Under the pieces are notes generated by a model that was not told the DNA's origin, did not search any database, and was given only the letters and a program-made list of their open reading frames with translations. Shown here piece by piece: positions 36,290-47,503 of a stretch of 64,000 nt of DNA. Numbering within the stretch: position 1 is the first letter of the stretch; each line of letters begins with the position of its first letter. The translations under genes and the position numbers were made by a program. The stretch lies in IMG/VR virus record IMGVR_UViG_3300028706_000553; one strand, given 5' to 3'. This stretch comes from a virus.

Positions 36290-39200
36290 GTGTCAGGCGT
36301 AAAAACAAATTTTAACATTGCACCATACTATGATGATTTTGATAAAGATAAAAACTTTCATAGGATCTTATTCAGACCTGGTTTCGCAGTTCAGGCAAGG
36401 GAACTTACCCAGATGCAAACCATCTTGCAAGAGCAAGTTACCAGGTTCGGTGATCATATCCTTAAAGAAGGCAGCAAAGTTTTTGGTGGAGATGTAACAC
36501 TCAATACACAAGTTAATTCTTTAAAGTTAGAATCGGCTTTTGATAGTGCTACTGTAACAGTTAGTTCTTTTGAAGGTAAAACTATTACTGGCGGCTCCTC
36601 AGGTGCCAAAGGTTTAGTTATTAGAGCAGAAGCTCTTACTGTATCAGATCAACCTACTTTAATTTTTTCTAAATTAGGTGGTGGAAATTTTTTAGATGGC
36701 GAAACAATTTCTACTTTAGAAACAACACCATATCAAGCTAATACTGTTAGTTTAAGTGGTGCCTCTGGAGTGCAGTATGCTCAGAATACGGCATCTGTCG
36801 CAAGTATTACAGAAGGGTGTTTTTATATAAGTGGATTTTTTGTTTTAAACCCCGCGCAAACTATTGCCTTAGATAAGTATAGCGGTTTACCAACAAAAAG
36901 AATTGGTTTAACAGTTACTGAATCTATTGTTCAAACAGATGATGATTCATCTATTTTAGATAATGCACAAGGTACTGCTAACTATGCGGCACCGGGTGCT
37001 GATAGATTTAAAATGGCATTGACTTTAACATCTTTAGATATAGCAACAACAACTACTGCTACAGATGGAACTGTCACAACTACTTCTAGTACTTTTACAG
37101 AATATGCTGGTGAAAAATTTATAGAATTAGTTAGAATGGAATCTGGTGTTAAAGTTTCAGAAACCAAGTTTCCAATTTATGGGGAACTTGAAAAAACATT
37201 AGCTAGAAGAACATTTGATGAATCAGGTTCATATACTGTAAGACCATTTGGAATACAATTAAGAAATCATAAAGATGGAAATACTGCTTTAATCTCTGCC
37301 GGATTAGAAGCAGGTAAAGCTTATGTAAAAGGCTATGAATATGAAAATATTGCAACACAATATATTGATGTAGAAAGAGGTCGTGATACAGCAAATGTAT
37401 CAGATTATATTGTTGCATCAGATTATGGCAATTCTTTGTATCTTAAAAATGTTTTAGGTACTTTCGATATATCCAAACATGAATTGGTGGATTTGCATTG
37501 TTGTCCTTCCGCTTCTGTTAATGCTATGTCAAATGATACTAATGCGTTAACAAAATACAATCAAACGAAGATGGGAACAGCGAGAATAAGATCGTTTGAT
37601 TGGGAACAAGCAGATCTAACTGCATCTAATACTACACACTTTCATTCAGTATATTCATCTCGAATATATGACATACGTTTAGATAAAACTATCGCCGGTG
37701 AAGTAACTGGTGAAGGTGATGATTTAACAACTCTTGGTGTCCCAGCAGGAATTACATCATATGCAAATGGAGCATATAAGGGCGCAGTGGTAACTGTTAA
37801 TACCACGAACGGCTCTACTGTTTCAAGTGATACAGTTTCGATTGCTGAATATATTGCTATAGGTTCACAACACATAATTAAAGCTAATACTGCTTTATCA
37901 CAAAAAGTATTATCAAATTCAACATTTACTATTTCTTTTAAATTTCAAGATTTAGGTTGTTTGATTGTAAAGCATGCAGCTGTAGATCAATTAACTGCTG
38001 CAAACACAACTTATGTTGTAAAAACAACATCTGCAGATATTGATAAACTATCAAAATTTAATAATGATCCTGAAGGAATAGCCCAATTATCAGGTGTAAG
38101 TAAAAATACATTATTATATCAATTACCATTTTCACCTTTGGCAACTATACCTGATGGGGTTACTTATACATATAAAACATTTCAATCGATTTCTGTACCA
38201 ATGGCAGGTGTGACAACTGTATCGACAGCTTCCGGTGCTTTTATAGGAACAGGCGCTCAGTCCGCATCAACTGCGAAAGAATTGTTTTCAGTAGCTGTTA
38301 AAACAATTGATAATGCCGCCAGCCCACCGGTTGATAATGTAACAGGAGAAGCATTAACTGAAGGGCAGTTATTAAATTTTGATGCATCTACAGGTAGAAC
38401 AGCAACTATTGATAGTCCTACTCAAACAACATTAAATTTAAATACAAAAAGTGGTGCATATCAAGTAGAAGTACTTTCAACTATTAGAACAGCTAATGCA
38501 ACGCCAAGATCAAAAACGTTAACGGTTGGAAATACAACTGTCATAGCTTCAAATACAACTATTTCTAAAGGTCAAGTTCATATTGCTGAGCCTAATAAAA
38601 AGTCCGGTAAAAAAGATAACTTGATGATATCTGATGTTGTTAATATAGCTTATATAATTGATTCTGGTGACCCTGCTCAACCGGTAGGTCAACCGATGAT
38701 AACAGCACTCAAAGATGCTGCATCAACAACTGCCGTAGACGCTACTTCCAGATATGATTTAGATAACGGACAACGAGATAATTATTATGATTGGGCTTCT
38801 ATTACATTAAAGCCTGGTCAACCAGCCCCTGCTGGACAACTATTAATAATTTGTGATCATTTTAGTAATCCTGCTTTAACACCACCAATTCAAGATGCGC
38901 TTGCTGGATATTTTTCAATTACATCATATGCCGACGTAAGTTCAAATACAGGATATCATTATGACCTACAAGGTGTTAAAAGAAAAGGATTTAATTTCTC
39001 TGCTGTTCCAAAATATACAAGTCCTACAACAGGTGAAGAAATTGAATTAAGAGATTGTATAGATTTTAGACCCACACGTTATTCTGCTAATAATGATAAA
39101 GGTTCTAATACTACAAATGATATGACATCTAATAATGCAGCGATTCCTTCTTCACAGTTGGGATCTGCCGGTGGAACACCAGACCCTGAATATACATTTC

Positions 39201-42200
39201 AATTTAATATTCAATACTATTTGGGCCGGAAAGATAAATTAACTCTTTCTAAAGATAGGAAGTTTAATGTAATTAAAGGTGTACCTGCATTAGAACCAGT
39301 TGCTCCTCCGGATGACGACGATTCTATGACATTGTATACATTAACTATTCCTCCATATACTTTTAATACTCAAGATATTAAAACAAAGTATATTGATAAT
39401 AGACGTTATACAATGAGAGATATTGGTAAACTAGAAAAGAGGATTGAAAATTTAGAATATTATACTGCATTATCAATGTTAGAAAAAGAAGCTGCAGCTT
39501 CATCTATTTCTGGCGGATCAACACAAGACTCACTCTTTAATCCTGCCGGTGATAGATTTAAAAATGGTATTTTAGTAGATGGTTTTAAAGGTCATGGAAT
39601 AGGTGACGTTATAAACAATGATTATAGATGTTCAATTGATATTGAAAAGAATGAATTAAGACCTCCATTTAAGACAGATAACTATACATTTCAAATGACG
39701 GATATTGGAGGTTCTAGTAATAATGTTCAATGGCATTATCCAGCACAAGAACTAATAACATTACCTTATACAACTGCTAATTTAGTAAATCAACCATTAG
39801 CAAGTACTTATAAAGGAGTTAATCCATTTGGTTTAGCTCAATTTACTGGTGGTATTAAAACATATCCTGATTCAGATACATGGTATGATACTGAATTCCG
39901 ACCTGAGGTATTAGTTAATATTGAAGGTGTTAATGATAATTGGCAGTTTGGAAATTATCGTGCCGGACATGGATCACAATGGGATAATTGGACTAAAAAT
40001 TGGCATGGCGAACAAATTAACCCAGAACCAGAAATAAGTGTTAAGGATGCCGGTGCAACTTCTATTGGTATAAGAAAAGCAAATCTTATTAACAAAGGAC
40101 AAACACGAAAAGGTATAACTTCAAAAAATATTCCAGACTCAATTAAACGATCATTAGGAAATAAAGTAGCAGATATTTCTATGACATTCTGGATGAAGGC
40201 ACACTTGCTAGGTTCTCAATATACACCAGATGATAATAGAATATATTTTGTAGCAAGAGGATTAAAGCCAACAACAAATGTATATGTATTTTTTGATGGA
40301 GATAATGTATCCGCAAACGTTTATCCAATGCCTTTCTTAACAATTAATGGTGTTGATACAGATAAACATCTAATGTTGGGTGAAACAATATCTGAGGGTT
40401 CGAATGTTGCGCAAATTATACTTCCACAATTAACTACTTCAGGTGGAACCGCAACTGCGTATATTAAAGTAGTTAAGGCATTAGATCTTAATGGTGATAA
40501 TGCTGATCTAGATCAAGCTTTTTCACCAGGTTCAACAACTATTCTTACATCTAATAGTGGTGTTTCCGGAGTCATATCAAATAGAACTGTGCCTACAAGA
40601 GGACAAGCAGATTATATGTCAACTAATCAAGCCGGTGAATTTGCAGGTATTCTTTCTATACCAGCAGGAGCTCACAAATCAGGTGAAAGATTATTAAGAG
40701 TTACTGATCAAGAAATAAATTCTGTTCCAGATTCAACTATGGCAGCAGAATGTACTTACACCGTAAGAGGTTTAGTAGATGGTAGAGAACCAACTTCGAT
40801 TTCAACTAGGCCCTCTGTTTCACGAAGAGAAGATGTCACTAATGAAAATGTAATAACAAGTCCTACTAGTAGAATTGAAGGTTCATCTCAGTGGATGGAT
40901 CCAATGGCTCAAACATTTATTGTTAATAAGAGTAATTATCCTGAAGGGGCTTTTATTAAATCAGTAGATTTGTGGTTTAGACAAAAAGCAACAGCTAATA
41001 GTTCAACGCCGCAATTACCTATAACGGTTCAGATTAGACCACTGATTAATGGATATCCAAGTTCAGGAACTATTATTCCACATAGTGAAGCAGTAAAAAG
41101 ACCAGAAGAAATTAATACTATAGTAACTGCTCCGGATGCTTCAAATACATCTCATTATACAACATTTGAATTTCCTGCACCAGTATATTTAACAGGTGAT
41201 GAATATGCATTGGTTGTTCTTTCAAATAGTTCTGAGTATCAATTATGGACAGCTATACAAGGATTAAGTCCTTTAACTGATACATCCATCAGTCCTAATA
41301 TTAGAATACCTAAGCAACCAAATATTGAAACAATGTATTTACCAACCAATGCGGGCATGCCACAAATGTCTCCAGGTGAATCATTGATGATGAGAGTTAA
41401 TAGGTGTCATTTTACAACACAAAATCAAGGCAACATAATTTTGATGTCTAATACACATAGTCAAAATATGGCCACATCTAATGTTTATATAGATGCATAT
41501 AAATTTAATACATCAGTAATGAATTTTGATAGTACAACAATTAATATGGCATTTAAGACTACTAATACATCTGGTGGATATTCATCAACGAATTACGTAA
41601 CAGCCGAGAAAGATAAAAACGTTAATCTTGAAGAACGAATGATGATGCAGTCTAATACAGCAAATAGTTTTAGTACACATATTACTATGAGATCTACTTC
41701 AAAATTTGTTTCACCATTGATTGATACTTCAAGATTTAGTTTAACTACAGTTGAAAATGATGTTGATAATGCAGCTCTAGCAAATTCAAATATATACATT
41801 ATTAATGCTGGCGCAGCTTATACATCTACAGCAGTAGCTACAGTTTCTGGTGGAAATGGAACAGGTGCAGAAATTGCATTAACACTTTCAGCTGGTGGAA
41901 TTTCGGGTGCAACAGTTACTAACGGTGGTTCGGGTTATACAGAAACTCCAACAATAACAATATCAGATACAGGACATACTGGAACCAATTTCGCAAATGT
42001 TGTTGTAAGTAGTGAATTAGATGCACAAGGTGGACCAATCAATGCTAAATATATTACAAGGAAAGTTAACCTTGAGGATGGTTTTGAAGCAGAAGATATT
42101 AAAGTTATCGTTCAGGCTTATAAACCAGAAAGTGCTAAAATATATGCATACGCAAAAGTTTTAAGTCCTGATGATTCCTCTGCATTTGATGATAGAGATT

Positions 42201-42427
42201 ATATCCTATTATCACAAGAAACAGCTGCTTCTGTACATTCTTTAAATGAAGATGATTATAAAGAATTTTTATTTAAATCACCAAATGATACAATTGATTA
42301 TACTGATGATTCAGGAACCAATTATAAGAAGTTTAAAACATTTTCAATTAAGTTATGTATAACTTCTACTAGTACTTTAAAAGTTCCTAAAGTGAAAGAT
42401 TTAAGAGCAATAGCATTAGATGAATAA
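36290..42427 (+). CDS. VrlC-like / DUF4815 large virion structural protein
   Basis: NIAPYYDDFD..KNFHRILFRPG.AVQARELTQMQ, NYAAPGADR, TLARRTFDESGSY, RYTMRDIGKLEKRI..LEYYT.L, RFKNG..VD.F, DPMAQTF. GTG start. Confidence 0.85.
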   Translation: MSGVKTNFNIAPYYDDFDKDKNFHRILFRPGFAVQARELTQMQTILQEQVTRFGDHILKEGSKVFGGDVTLNTQVNSLKLESAFDSATVTVSSFEGKTITGGSSGAKGLVIRAEALTVSDQPTLIFSKLGGGNFLDGETISTLETTPYQANTVSLSGASGVQYAQNTASVASITEGCFYISGFFVLNPAQTIALDKYSGLPTKRIGLTVTESIVQTDDDSSILDNAQGTANYAAPGADRFKMALTLTSLDIATTTTATDGTVTTTSSTFTEYAGEKFIELVRMESGVKVSETKFPIYGELEKTLARRTFDESGSYTVRPFGIQLRNHKDGNTALISAGLEAGKAYVKGYEYENIATQYIDVERGRDTANVSDYIVASDYGNSLYLKNVLGTFDISKHELVDLHCCPSASVNAMSNDTNALTKYNQTKMGTARIRSFDWEQADLTASNTTHFHSVYSSRIYDIRLDKTIAGEVTGEGDDLTTLGVPAGITSYANGAYKGAVVTVNTTNGSTVSSDTVSIAEYIAIGSQHIIKANTALSQKVLSNSTFTISFKFQDLGCLIVKHAAVDQLTAANTTYVVKTTSADIDKLSKFNNDPEGIAQLSGVSKNTLLYQLPFSPLATIPDGVTYTYKTFQSISVPMAGVTTVSTASGAFIGTGAQSASTAKELFSVAVKTIDNAASPPVDNVTGEALTEGQLLNFDASTGRTATIDSPTQTTLNLNTKSGAYQVEVLSTIRTANATPRSKTLTVGNTTVIASNTTISKGQVHIAEPNKKSGKKDNLMISDVVNIAYIIDSGDPAQPVGQPMITALKDAASTTAVDATSRYDLDNGQRDNYYDWASITLKPGQPAPAGQLLIICDHFSNPALTPPIQDALAGYFSITSYADVSSNTGYHYDLQGVKRKGFNFSAVPKYTSPTTGEEIELRDCIDFRPTRYSANNDKGSNTTNDMTSNNAAIPSSQLGSAGGTPDPEYTFQFNIQYYLGRKDKLTLSKDRKFNVIKGVPALEPVAPPDDDDSMTLYTLTIPPYTFNTQDIKTKYIDNRRYTMRDIGKLEKRIENLEYYTALSMLEKEAAASSISGGSTQDSLFNPAGDRFKNGILVDGFKGHGIGDVINNDYRCSIDIEKNELRPPFKTDNYTFQMTDIGGSSNNVQWHYPAQELITLPYTTANLVNQPLASTYKGVNPFGLAQFTGGIKTYPDSDTWYDTEFRPEVLVNIEGVNDNWQFGNYRAGHGSQWDNWTKNWHGEQINPEPEISVKDAGATSIGIRKANLINKGQTRKGITSKNIPDSIKRSLGNKVADISMTFWMKAHLLGSQYTPDDNRIYFVARGLKPTTNVYVFFDGDNVSANVYPMPFLTINGVDTDKHLMLGETISEGSNVAQIILPQLTTSGGTATAYIKVVKALDLNGDNADLDQAFSPGSTTILTSNSGVSGVISNRTVPTRGQADYMSTNQAGEFAGILSIPAGAHKSGERLLRVTDQEINSVPDSTMAAECTYTVRGLVDGREPTSISTRPSVSRREDVTNENVITSPTSRIEGSSQWMDPMAQTFIVNKSNYPEGAFIKSVDLWFRQKATANSSTPQLPITVQIRPLINGYPSSGTIIPHSEAVKRPEEINTIVTAPDASNTSHYTTFEFPAPVYLTGDEYALVVLSNSSEYQLWTAIQGLSPLTDTSISPNIRIPKQPNIETMYLPTNAGMPQMSPGESLMMRVNRCHFTTQNQGNIILMSNTHSQNMATSNVYIDAYKFNTSVMNFDSTTINMAFKTTNTSGGYSSTNYVTAEKDKNVNLEERMMMQSNTANSFSTHITMRSTSKFVSPLIDTSRFSLTTVENDVDNAALANSNIYIINAGAAYTSTAVATVSGGNGTGAEIALTLSAGGISGATVTNGGSGYTETPTITISDTGHTGTNFANVVVSSELDAQGGPINAKYITRKVNLEDGFEAEDIKVIVQAYKPESAKIYAYAKVLSPDDSSAFDDRDYILLSQETAASVHSLNEDDYKEFLFKSPNDTIDYTDDSGTNYKKFKTFSIKLCITSTSTLKVPKVKDLRAIALDE

Positions 42428-42653
42428 GATACAAACCGAAGACCCTCGTTTTGTTAGGGACATACACTCAAAGGCACTTTTAGCCACAGATAAAACTGCC
42501 CTAAATAGACACAGATCACAACGGCTAGCTGTTGAGGCCGCTCGTAAAGAAAGAGCTGAGCATCGAGCAGAGCTTGATAGATTAAGTAATACTGTGGATA
42601 AGATAGAAAAATTATTAATGAATGTTTTAGAAAAGGATAAAGATGGCAGCTAA
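42420..42653 (+). CDS. small conserved phage hypothetical protein
   Basis: DPRFVRDIHSKALL followed by a coiled-coil; overlaps both neighbours. Confidence 0.65.
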   Translation: MNKIQTEDPRFVRDIHSKALLATDKTALNRHRSQRLAVEAARKERAEHRAELDRLSNTVDKIEKLLMNVLEKDKDGS

Positions 42654-44178
42654 TGTAGCGTTATCAGATACGTTTGATTTATGGAGAACACGTACAAATC
42701 AACTATTGATGTACACTCAAACACAGGGTGGAAAAGACGTATTACACATTTCTAATACTACCAATTCAACATCTAATACAACAGGTGCAATTACTTCAAA
42801 TGGTGGTATAGGAATTAAGTCGTCAGCAGTCATCGGTGGTGATTTACTCACACATTCAGGCTTAACTGTAACAAAAGTTTCAAGTTTACAAGGTAATACC
42901 GATATTGGTGACACGAACGCAGATACTTTAACAATTACTGCGAGAATTGATTCTGATACGATACCTTATACCGATGCCGATAAGAATTTCGGTAATAGTA
43001 CATGGAGATGGGGAACAGTACACGTTAGTGGTATTGTAGGTTCAAACTCGTCTGCCTCTATATTAATTCCAACAGGCACTTCCGCTGAAAGAGCAGGTAC
43101 TACAGGTGCAATTAGATGGAATACAACACTAGAAAGATTCGAAGGTAATACAGGAACATTATTTTATCCATTCGGAGGAAATCCTGAAGATCAAGATGGT
43201 GATACACAAATTACTACAGACAACGCAAGTGACGAAGATATAATTAGATTCTTTACTGGTAATTCTTCAACGCAATCAACCGAACGAATGAATCTAGGTA
43301 CATCAGGTAACCTAGCAATCGGAACTGGCTCAACTCTTGGTGATGCGATGTTACACGTTGAGGGTACAGCTAACGTCACCGGCACCGTAAACTTCACAAA
43401 TAGGACTAATTTAAAGGGTAATACGCACGTTACAGGAGGAGCCTGGGCAAACGTTTCTGTATCTGATTATGTTAACTTTGCAACAGAATCTATGACGTTA
43501 GATTCTAATACAGTAATTGTAACCGGTAATTTAGTTGTTCAAGGAACCAGAACATATAACGATACTACTATTATGGTTTCCGAAGATAAAACAATGGTCT
43601 TTGGATTAGCAAGTAATATCTATAGTCAATCAGATGCTAGTTCTGGAACAGTTACCTCCCAGAGAAATAATTCAACTGAGACACACGGATTATCGGTCAC
43701 TGATAAAGTCTTTATTACTGATGCTGGAACTTCTGGTTTAACAGCAGAAGCAATATATACAGTTGCTACAGTACCGACAACCACTACATTTACGTTAACA
43801 GGTTATTCAGGGTCCGGATCGTTTGATTTCGCGAAATGTCATACAGATGCTTCAGCAACCGGCGGTGGTATGATAATACCTGGTGCCACTGTACACAGTG
43901 TATTATATAATAGTACAGTTGGAGGATGGGTTGTTTCTGATGGATTAAAGAGTAACGGCGCTGCCCATTTTACAAGTACAATAAATATGGATGGTGATTT
44001 AGATATCGATGCCGCAGTTGTCCATGATGGGGCTTTCACCCATGATGGGGCATTCAAAACAACAGCAGGTGGAACCGCTGCCGCTAATTATATTTTAAAA
44101 AGTGGAGGCGCAACCGGAGAAAGTTCATGGGTAGCTTTTGGGATATATGATTCATCCGGAACGAGACTTGGACCATAA
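42643..44178 (+). CDS. tail fibre-like protein
   Basis: N-terminal DTFDLWRTRTN attachment motif, IPTGTSAER...GAIRWNT, DQDGDTQIT, Gly/Ser/Thr-rich beta repeats. Confidence 0.7.
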   Translation: MAANVALSDTFDLWRTRTNQLLMYTQTQGGKDVLHISNTTNSTSNTTGAITSNGGIGIKSSAVIGGDLLTHSGLTVTKVSSLQGNTDIGDTNADTLTITARIDSDTIPYTDADKNFGNSTWRWGTVHVSGIVGSNSSASILIPTGTSAERAGTTGAIRWNTTLERFEGNTGTLFYPFGGNPEDQDGDTQITTDNASDEDIIRFFTGNSSTQSTERMNLGTSGNLAIGTGSTLGDAMLHVEGTANVTGTVNFTNRTNLKGNTHVTGGAWANVSVSDYVNFATESMTLDSNTVIVTGNLVVQGTRTYNDTTIMVSEDKTMVFGLASNIYSQSDASSGTVTSQRNNSTETHGLSVTDKVFITDAGTSGLTAEAIYTVATVPTTTTFTLTGYSGSGSFDFAKCHTDASATGGGMIIPGATVHSVLYNSTVGGWVVSDGLKSNGAAHFTSTINMDGDLDIDAAVVHDGAFTHDGAFKTTAGGTAAANYILKSGGATGESSWVAFGIYDSSGTRLGP

Positions 44179-44198
44179 TATAAAGACGATGAAAACAA

Positions 44199-45668
44199 AT
44201 GGCATCACCGTTAAAGGTTATAAATTCTGGATCGGATCTTCAACAAATGACCGATGCAGAAATAGACAATATGATAGTTCCTCTTGTTTTGCAGGAGTTC
44301 GCCTCTAATCAAACATACAATGTTCGAGGTAACGTAACTGCATATGCAAACAACTCTGGGAACGCCGGCGGATTTGATAATAGACTCCGAAATGATGATG
44401 TAGGAGATCATCCTATTTCAGCTGGCAATTTCACTACAACTTCCTGGTCTATTCAACAAGAGCAGTCCAACGCTGCTGGAACTACAAATGTAATTTATCC
44501 CACTAAGTGGGTTACATCTGGTGGTAAGTTGCAGCGAATGACTACTGCTGAATTACAAACTACTATTTTAGCTAGAGTTGCTAATCATTGGAAAACAACT
44601 ACCTATCCCGTTGGTGGTTATTATTTTGGTACTGCTGCACCCGATGCAGATACATGGATTTATTGTGGTGATGTTCTAACAGAAACTTATAGACAAACCG
44701 GTACAGATAGTTCAACTGATTTTAAGTTATGGAGAAAAACAGGGCCAACCTCCACTTCTGGTTCAAGACCTGTTTATAATAGAACAGGTAATGATGGCGT
44801 CCAGGAATTGTCCGATAATGATATGAAATCGTTAGCGGCAGAATGGAGAAACTATCTATTTAATGTTGAATCTATTGGTCATTATGAAATGGTTTCCGGT
44901 TCATCAGCACCAGGAACAGGTACTTGGACACAAGTAGGAAGTTATGTAGATTATTTAACGGATACAGGTAATGTAATATATTCTCAAGGATACGAAGGAA
45001 TATATTCAGCTGGTTATGAAGGAATATATTCTAATCAATATGAGGGATTGTATTCCGGACAATTTACAGGAATGTATTCAGGACAATTTACTGGTATATA
45101 TTCAGGGCAGTTTGCAGGTATATATTCGCGAGGTTATGAAGGATTCTATTCACAAGGATATTCCGGTGGTTATGGAGGTGGTTACCAGGGACCATATGTA
45201 GGTTCTTATCGATCAGGATTTATGGGTGATTATCGTGGTGACTATGAAGGAAGTTATATAATGACCTATGGATCAGGTAGTGAAGAAGGATTAAACCCTA
45301 GAGCTTCATCTGAAGGTCCTGCATATACTGGCACATATTCAGGTACATTTTCAGGAATTTATTCCGGTACATTTTCAGGAATTTATTCTGGGGTATATTC
45401 AGGAATTTATTCAGGACAATATTCAAATCAATATGCCGGCTTTTTTTCAAATCAATATGAAGGCATTTATTCACAAGGTTACCAAGGAATATATTCTGGA
45501 GGATTTGAAGGCATTTATTCATCAGGTTTTGAAGGTTTTTATAGTATGTTTTATGTTGGAATTTATAGTAATCAATATACTGGAATTTATAGTAATCAAT
45601 ATACAGGTTTAACAGTGCTATCATCATTAGGTTCTGCAACGTACACATTTTGGAAGAGGGTTGCGTAA
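44199..45668 (+). CDS. fibre-associated protein with xGx[YF] tetrapeptide repeats (paralog 1)
   Basis: C-terminal half is about 49 tetrapeptide units; shares LQQMTDAEID/IRQMTNDQID, VGDHP and YxxWKR with the next gene. Confidence 0.75.
   Translation: MASPLKVINSGSDLQQMTDAEIDNMIVPLVLQEFASNQTYNVRGNVTAYANNSGNAGGFDNRLRNDDVGDHPISAGNFTTTSWSIQQEQSNAAGTTNVIYPTKWVTSGGKLQRMTTAELQTTILARVANHWKTTTYPVGGYYFGTAAPDADTWIYCGDVLTETYRQTGTDSSTDFKLWRKTGPTSTSGSRPVYNRTGNDGVQELSDNDMKSLAAEWRNYLFNVESIGHYEMVSGSSAPGTGTWTQVGSYVDYLTDTGNVIYSQGYEGIYSAGYEGIYSNQYEGLYSGQFTGMYSGQFTGIYSGQFAGIYSRGYEGFYSQGYSGGYGGGYQGPYVGSYRSGFMGDYRGDYEGSYIMTYGSGSEEGLNPRASSEGPAYTGTYSGTFSGIYSGTFSGIYSGVYSGIYSGQYSNQYAGFFSNQYEGIYSQGYQGIYSGGFEGIYSSGFEGFYSMFYVGIYSNQYTGIYSNQYTGLTVLSSLGSATYTFWKRVA
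44974..45606 (+). repeat. 12-nt-period degenerate tandem repeat encoding xGx[YF] units, split by a central non-repeat turn
   Basis: 25 aromatic-terminated units, then GSGSEEGLNPRASSEGPA, then 24 units. Confidence 0.85.
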
Positions 45669-47503
45669 TGGCTACTGACGGAAGGGTAATGAGAATCTAT
45701 CCACTGGGTAGTAACACAGAATTAGCCGCAACAGAAAGTGGAAAATTATATATAGGGTCAGTAACTGAAACCGGTTCCGGAGCTTCTGCTAATATTGGTA
45801 AAATTACAACTATTACATCTACACCGGGAGCTGGAGTATATGATAATGTATTTTCAGCCGGCGATTATCTTGTTATTAGACATCAACAATATGGAATGTT
45901 AGGTGTTGGTCAATGGATTAAAGTTCAATCTGTTTCAAGTACGGGAGCCAGTACAGAATTAACTTTAGAAGATGGTACTGCAGAATTTTACAAATATTTA
46001 AATTCATCCGGAGCAAGTTATACAGGACAAACTAGCGTAGGTATTACATTTGAAAAGGTAATGGGTTGGGGTATTAGACAAATGACCAACGACCAAATTG
46101 ATGATTCCATAGTTCCAGAAGTTTTTAATAGATGGGGATCCTATACAAAAGGAACTGCAACACATGATGATTGGAAAAGTCATATAAGACCTTTAGCTGG
46201 TACTTCTAATACATCTGGTTATGATTTATGTGGAACTGTTGGTGAAAGATATAGAAGCCCAGATGTTGTAGGCGATCATCCAGTAGCAAATAATGTAACT
46301 ATAACTAATTATTCATTAGAACAATGTGTTGGAACAAAGCCTTTTAACGGCGCATCAAATGCAACACATGTTGATGATTTAGATAGCACTGTAGAATTTT
46401 TAGGTGCTAATACAGGTGGATCTCACGGCGATAAAGTATACGAAATGTCAGACGCAGACATTGCGGCCGGCCCTGTTATTGCTAGGTGTAATGCATATTT
46501 TACTTCAGCATCAAATACTGTTGGTTCTTATCATATTGGAACTGCTGTGGGAGATTCAGATACTGGTTCTTGGCATGATGAAACATGGTATACAGATACA
46601 GTAATAACATCGTCAGGTTCAGCAAACGTTGCATATCATCTTTATAGAAAAGAATCAGGAGCGGTTAGAGGATGGTCAACTTCAAGATCTTTATCAAATG
46701 CTAATACAGAAGCAAGAGCCTCAAATTCTGTTACACATTGGACTGGTGCTAATGCTGACTATATTGCTGTAGGAAATTATCCACGTGCAGCAACGGATGA
46801 GGTAATATACTTACCAATTTATAATCAAGGTAATAATCAAGCTAAAGAATCAAATACTGTTCAAGCCTATGGACATTCTGCAACTTTACAAAATACTGCA
46901 GATGATGCTGGTATACATTTGCATTGGATTAAACATTTATTGATATCAAATGCTGGTGAATATAGTTTAGTAACAGGTAATACAGCTCCTGGAATTGGTA
47001 CATGGTCATTTTGTGGTAATGTATATGATAAAGTTACAACAGTTGGGGATGTAATATATTCTCAAGGATATGAAGGAATTTATTCTGCAGCATATGAAGG
47101 CATTTATTCATTAGGATATGAAGGCATTTATTCATCCGGATTTCAAGGTGGATATGCTGGTGGATATGCTGGTGGATATGCTGGTGGATATGCTGGTGGT
47201 TACGCCGGTGGATACACTCAAACTTATGGATCTATGGCTGAGTCTCCAAACCCACGGACTTCCTCAGAAGGTCCTACATACTCTGGAACTTATTCAGGCA
47301 CTTATTCTGGAACGTATTCAGGCACTTATTCTGGAACGTATTCAGGCATATTTTCGGCTGGCTTTATTGGAATTTATAGTAATCAATATGGTGGAATATA
47401 TTCTGGACAATATGCTGGATTCTATAGTAATCAATATACTGGAGTAACGGTATTTTCTACTTTAGAAACACAAAATTATAGTCTTTGGAAAAGACACGCC
47501 TAA
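45668..47503 (+). CDS. fibre-associated protein with xGx[YF] tetrapeptide repeats (paralog 2)
   Basis: ATG at 45668 overlapping the previous stop (ORF track starts at 45650); same domain motifs with a shorter repeat array. Confidence 0.75.
   Translation: MATDGRVMRIYPLGSNTELAATESGKLYIGSVTETGSGASANIGKITTITSTPGAGVYDNVFSAGDYLVIRHQQYGMLGVGQWIKVQSVSSTGASTELTLEDGTAEFYKYLNSSGASYTGQTSVGITFEKVMGWGIRQMTNDQIDDSIVPEVFNRWGSYTKGTATHDDWKSHIRPLAGTSNTSGYDLCGTVGERYRSPDVVGDHPVANNVTITNYSLEQCVGTKPFNGASNATHVDDLDSTVEFLGANTGGSHGDKVYEMSDADIAAGPVIARCNAYFTSASNTVGSYHIGTAVGDSDTGSWHDETWYTDTVITSSGSANVAYHLYRKESGAVRGWSTSRSLSNANTEARASNSVTHWTGANADYIAVGNYPRAATDEVIYLPIYNQGNNQAKESNTVQAYGHSATLQNTADDAGIHLHWIKHLLISNAGEYSLVTGNTAPGIGTWSFCGNVYDKVTTVGDVIYSQGYEGIYSAAYEGIYSLGYEGIYSSGFQGGYAGGYAGGYAGGYAGGYAGGYTQTYGSMAESPNPRTSSEGPTYSGTYSGTYSGTYSGTYSGTYSGIFSAGFIGIYSNQYGGIYSGQYAGFYSNQYTGVTVFSTLETQNYSLWKRHA
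47051..47440 (+). repeat. 12-nt-period tandem repeat (AGGY x5 / SGTY x5) around a central turn
   Basis: gctggtggatat tandem copies and tattcaggcacttattctggaacg x2; 15 units, then GSMAESPNPRTSSEGPT, then 14 units. Confidence 0.85.

Noticed and set aside
19786-43397. Minus-strand and off-frame ORFs within the baseplate and fibre genes (e.g. 19786..20241, 21475..21897, 32439..32744, 34513..34758)
   Set aside because: Fully overlap conserved structural genes and have shadow-like composition.
44974-47447. Possible CRISPR array or collagen-like repeat; alternative ORFs 45016..45201, 45298..45648 (-) and 47118..47447
   Set aside because: The period is 12 nt in coding frame with no unique spacers and is not Gly-X-Y; the alternative ORFs are by-products of the repeats.
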